Shown here piece after piece: positions 60,079 through 64,000 of a stretch of 64,000 bases of DNA. The notes under the pieces are model-generated. The model was not told the DNA's origin. It did not search any database and worked only from the letters and a program-made list of their open reading frames with translations. The stretch's first letter is position 1. The number at the start of each line of letters is the position of its first letter. Origin of the DNA: Gekko japonicus (lineage: Eukaryota). Location of the stretch: contig NW_015172034.1 of assembly GCF_001447785.1 (NCBI RefSeq), positions 62,211 to 126,210 on the forward strand. Reading direction: 5' to 3'. Both the position numbers and the translations under genes were made by a program.

Positions 60079-63000
60079 ATCTGTCAAAACAATGATTTGC
60101 CTTATTATAACAAACCTGATATATTGCATGTATTGTCTCAAAGTATGAAGCTTGAGAACAAGTTATTTCTGGGCATGCTCTGGCAAATGTTGAACTGCCC
60201 CTTGTAGGCAATGGATTTCTCTCCCCCTCCCCCTTTTTGGCTAGGAATCCATATAATGTAATGATGTCCTATGGAACCACAACTCCTTTCTCTGCTATCT
60301 GAACTTAAAATTACCCCAACAAAATAAAAACTAGTAATTTATTTAACAGTGACAATTATGCTGTTATAACTTGGCAAAAGTGATGTGTCTGATGTGGTAA
60401 ATTGTAAAGTTTCATAGGTGATGATTGTGGAAACTAAAGGTTCCTTGAAAACTTTGCCACAAATGCTGTTGTAGACCAAACAGCCATCAGATAACAAGCT
60501 AAAAAATTCAAGCTGTTTCAAATTTAGTGTGTTTCATTTTTGTCTAAAATGTTTTCGTGCTTCAGCTGATATCTAAAGGAACATGTAACAGTCATTCAAA
60601 TGTGACCATGTAAAGGTAAAGGGCAAGTAAGCATTTGTAAAAAATAATTTTATGAAAATACATTTGCACATTTTAGACCAACTGTATTATTTATTAAAAG
60701 AGCATGTTTTAGTCTTGTTTTCTCAGATGGCAGTGATATTGTGAGTTGCAAGCTAGGGAAACCAGTAGATAGTATGTGTATGTAAGAACTTTTAAGGAGA
60801 ATTAAGAGGATTATATATGGAAGATACAAAAACAATGTTACTGTCAGATTTTATAGTAAGAAAATAAACTGTAGTCCCTGTTTAGTCCCTAAATGACAGT
60901 TGAATAAATGTTTGTTCGACCATTTTGCATTCTGTCTGTTTCTATATAATTGTTTGAGGATGGCTACTCTGAGGTCTCTGATGGAATGACTTGGATAGCC
61001 AAAATGTTCTCCCATGGGCTTTCTAGAATATTTGTTCTTTATGTCAGATATATGTCTCTTTAAATGAATGTGTTAGTAGAATTTTGTGCTGTGTGTACTT
61101 TCCTGCTTCAGAACCATATGGTGGTAGAGCAGAAGATTGGGTTCAGGGCTCTCAGATCCTGGCACAAACAGATAGTTTTGCAGTTGAATAAATTGTTCTC
61201 AATAAACCCAAAATGGGGGGAAAGAGAAACAGTTGAGAAGGAATCCAAATAGGTCATAATCAATCACCTGAATATAAGCAAATAACCAACTAGTTGTTAA
61301 CTGTAATTTATCTCAAAACAAACAGTATAATCTTTGGATTACAATCTCACCAGAATTAACATTGACCTCAGAGAACAAGTTTTATAACGTTTGTTTTCAT
61401 AATATTAGAAGCTGGGTGAGTATTTGTTTGGCTCTGGGGGAATATGTTGCATACTTTTCCCCATAACATGTTTGCTTGCATCTGAAACCATGAGGACTGA
61501 AAACACCTCGCTACCATCAATTTTGTAGAAATATCTTTGAGAATAGAATAGACTCTTCTTCATCTGAACATTTGTAATATGACCTACTTTAAAAATGTTC
61601 TAGATTAGGAAAAGAACAATGATAAATTGTTTTCATATTTAAAAAAAAAGGTTATGCCTTGTCGTTTCTGTTTTGACTTTTCAAGAAAAGAGGTGGTAAA
61701 CATTTCAGTAGGTGGTGAAAGGATTGATCCTTTCTTCCTTTGCAAAAGGAATCCTATGGAACTACAAATATGAAATAATTATAATTTTGGATATTGTAAA
61801 ATTATTTACTTTGTCAGGTTCTAGTTAAAGCTCTTAATGGTGAAAACTTTCAAAAATCCTGTATAACTTGTATGATCCTGTATAGGTATCATGTGTAACT
61901 TTAGAACAGTTCCTTGCAATCTAATAATAAAGAATAACTTTATTTGCTGGACAGAACCCTTTGTAGCTGCTTGTGAATTAAACCCTTAATTTATCAAACG
62001 TTTTTCTTCACCTTGGGTTAGTATGAAATAAGCTGCACTTAATCAACTTCCCATCTATGTAAATACAGTTCCAATTCATAATAGAATCATTTTGACATAA
62101 CTGCAAACTGAATCTTTTCTTAGAGCACTTACTTGCTATAACACTGCCAGATAATTTTACTATATTACAGTGCCTGGCTTCAGGCATCCCACTGATGGTC
62201 AGCAGAAAGTTTCAGGCAGAAATGTATAGAAACCGGAAAAAGCCCAATAGTAAAGATAACTGAATCTTCTGTTCTTATCAGACCTGTGTTAACTACTACC
62301 ATGCTTCATTCCATTCCATAGTAATCTCTTGTGTCCAACCAAACCTATTGTTTTATGCCATTTCTCTATAACCACAATAGTAAACATAAATGGAGAATGC
62401 GGTGAGTAACACCCAGAATAAACTACAAAACACTGTGTGTATAAGCAAGCTATTACAATGTATGAGAAGTAATGTATGAGAAATATAGATATTGTTGGCG
62501 TACAGAATACATTGATTGCCTTTCTAACACAGTGTTTTGTAGTTATTTCTCTATATCCATTATAAGAATTATCATTTTTATTAATACTAATGTTATGTCT
62601 TAGTTAAGAACTTTCCGTTCTTTTTTGTCTTGCTTGTTTTAATAGTTTATGAGGCTGTCTCCTATCCTGTCATTGTTGCATTCAGTTCTTGGCCATTTTT
62701 TGGGAAAAAATCTGCATATTGTACACTGTTACTCCTCAGCCTGAAGATTTGTTGAGATTCCTTTTTAAATGATATGCATGGTAACATATTGTAAACATGA
62801 ATTAACTTTTGTTGCTTTTCTGTACACTGATCAACAGACCATTCTTTATTTCAGTATCCCCCCCAAAAGTACATTGCTTCTTTTTCTGTGTAATATCAAA
62901 TTTTGTACCCTTCCAAACTATAAATGTGTCATACAGATACCCTTTATGAATACTGTTTTAAATTGATAATTCTGTTGCAGTATATAACATCAATTCAGAC

Positions 63001-64000
63001 CAATCCTTGAAATATTAATTAGGTCTGAAGCAAATCTATATCTCATGGTAAAGCATACCCCCCCCCCAGTTCAGTTGAAAATATTTTTTTCTCTAATGCA
63101 GATCTCACTGATGCACACATAAATGCAATGTGGGATTCTATGTATGTTTGTTCATTGTCTCTTGCATTGTCATTATTCTCTGTGTGTGCGGGATGTTGGT
63201 GAAGAATGATTAACCATTCTAATTCTGAATCTTCAAGGTATTTTTTTAAAGAGGCAGTATCTTTAATAACAGTTGTTCTGCCGCAGTCTTACATTTGGCC
63301 CTGGATGAGTTCCTTTTCCTTAGTGTCTGTTAAGGTGTGAGAAACAAAGAGAATGACTTGGGTTGGAAGGGATTGTGTGTGTTACAGGTAGGAAGAGCTG
63401 GAGCAGATGTTGGGAGCATAAAGCAGAATGCTTTTCCATGCACCATCAGTTTTGGGAGGCCTTAAGACTCCACTGTTTATGATATTCAGCTAGTCCATGT
63501 AGTTCTGCCTTTGATTTTTAGTTTTGTTCTGGGGTGTTTTTTGTTTCTTATCTTTTGAATCAGTGGTCAACAAGCAAGGTTGGTCAAGGCATTGAGTGAA
63601 AATCCAGGTCCCGTCCCTGTCTCCAGAAGGCATGTTTATATAGTGAGCTGGTGCTGAAAGCAGAGTCTGTCAAAACACGGAGAGGCAGTGCTTGAGTGTG
63701 CGACAGCCTATTGTGGTTGTTGCCTCTCCTTTTAAAGCCAGATATGAGAAACTTTATAAAAAGGGGCATTTTTATTCTAGAAAAGTGTACAAGATACATG
63801 GTGGGTCAGGGCAGTAGGTAAATCACCTGTGTGCTGGATTAAATCGCACATAGATGCCTGCCCCCAAACGTTATAAAACTTTTGGTATGGTTTGTTTAAG
63901 GTTAATACTAGCAGAAGTTGCAGAACATACCCAAAAGGTGTTATTTGTGAGTGCTCAGTATTGGCTCAGATCTTCTAAAAAGCAGTTTTCTGTGCCAAAG

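Overview
Vertebrate (squamate, most likely gecko, judged from the SINE repertoire) genomic DNA carrying the conserved AREL1-FCF1-YLPM1 neighbourhood. AREL1 (HECT E3 ligase, minus strand) is complete: 18 coding exons between 3027 and 24631 join through GT-AG introns into an uninterrupted 823-aa ORF. FCF1 (PIN-domain rRNA-processing factor, plus strand) is complete: 8 coding exons, 32630-46382, 198 aa. It shares a compact CpG-island bidirectional promoter with AREL1. YLPM1 exon 1 (53178-54179, containing an assembly gap) follows, and the rest of the window is its intron 1. Introns hold decayed LINEs (CR1, L2, L1, Penelope), SINEs (tRNA-, 5S- and Sauria-type), Harbinger/hAT-like MITEs and solo LTRs. 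I cannot support a new multi-gene system. The best leads are: (i) a uATG-dense AREL1 leader that may be the relic of a lost N-terminal coding extension; (ii) an intact-looking minimal hammerhead ribozyme in a Penelope fragment; (iii) an L1 whose ORF2 start is fused in frame to its end; (iv) CpG-rich multi-hairpin Harbinger-like elements; (v) a perfect 46-bp inverted repeat in YLPM1 intron 1. Exon coordinates were read by hand at the splice sites; most repeat boundaries are approximate.
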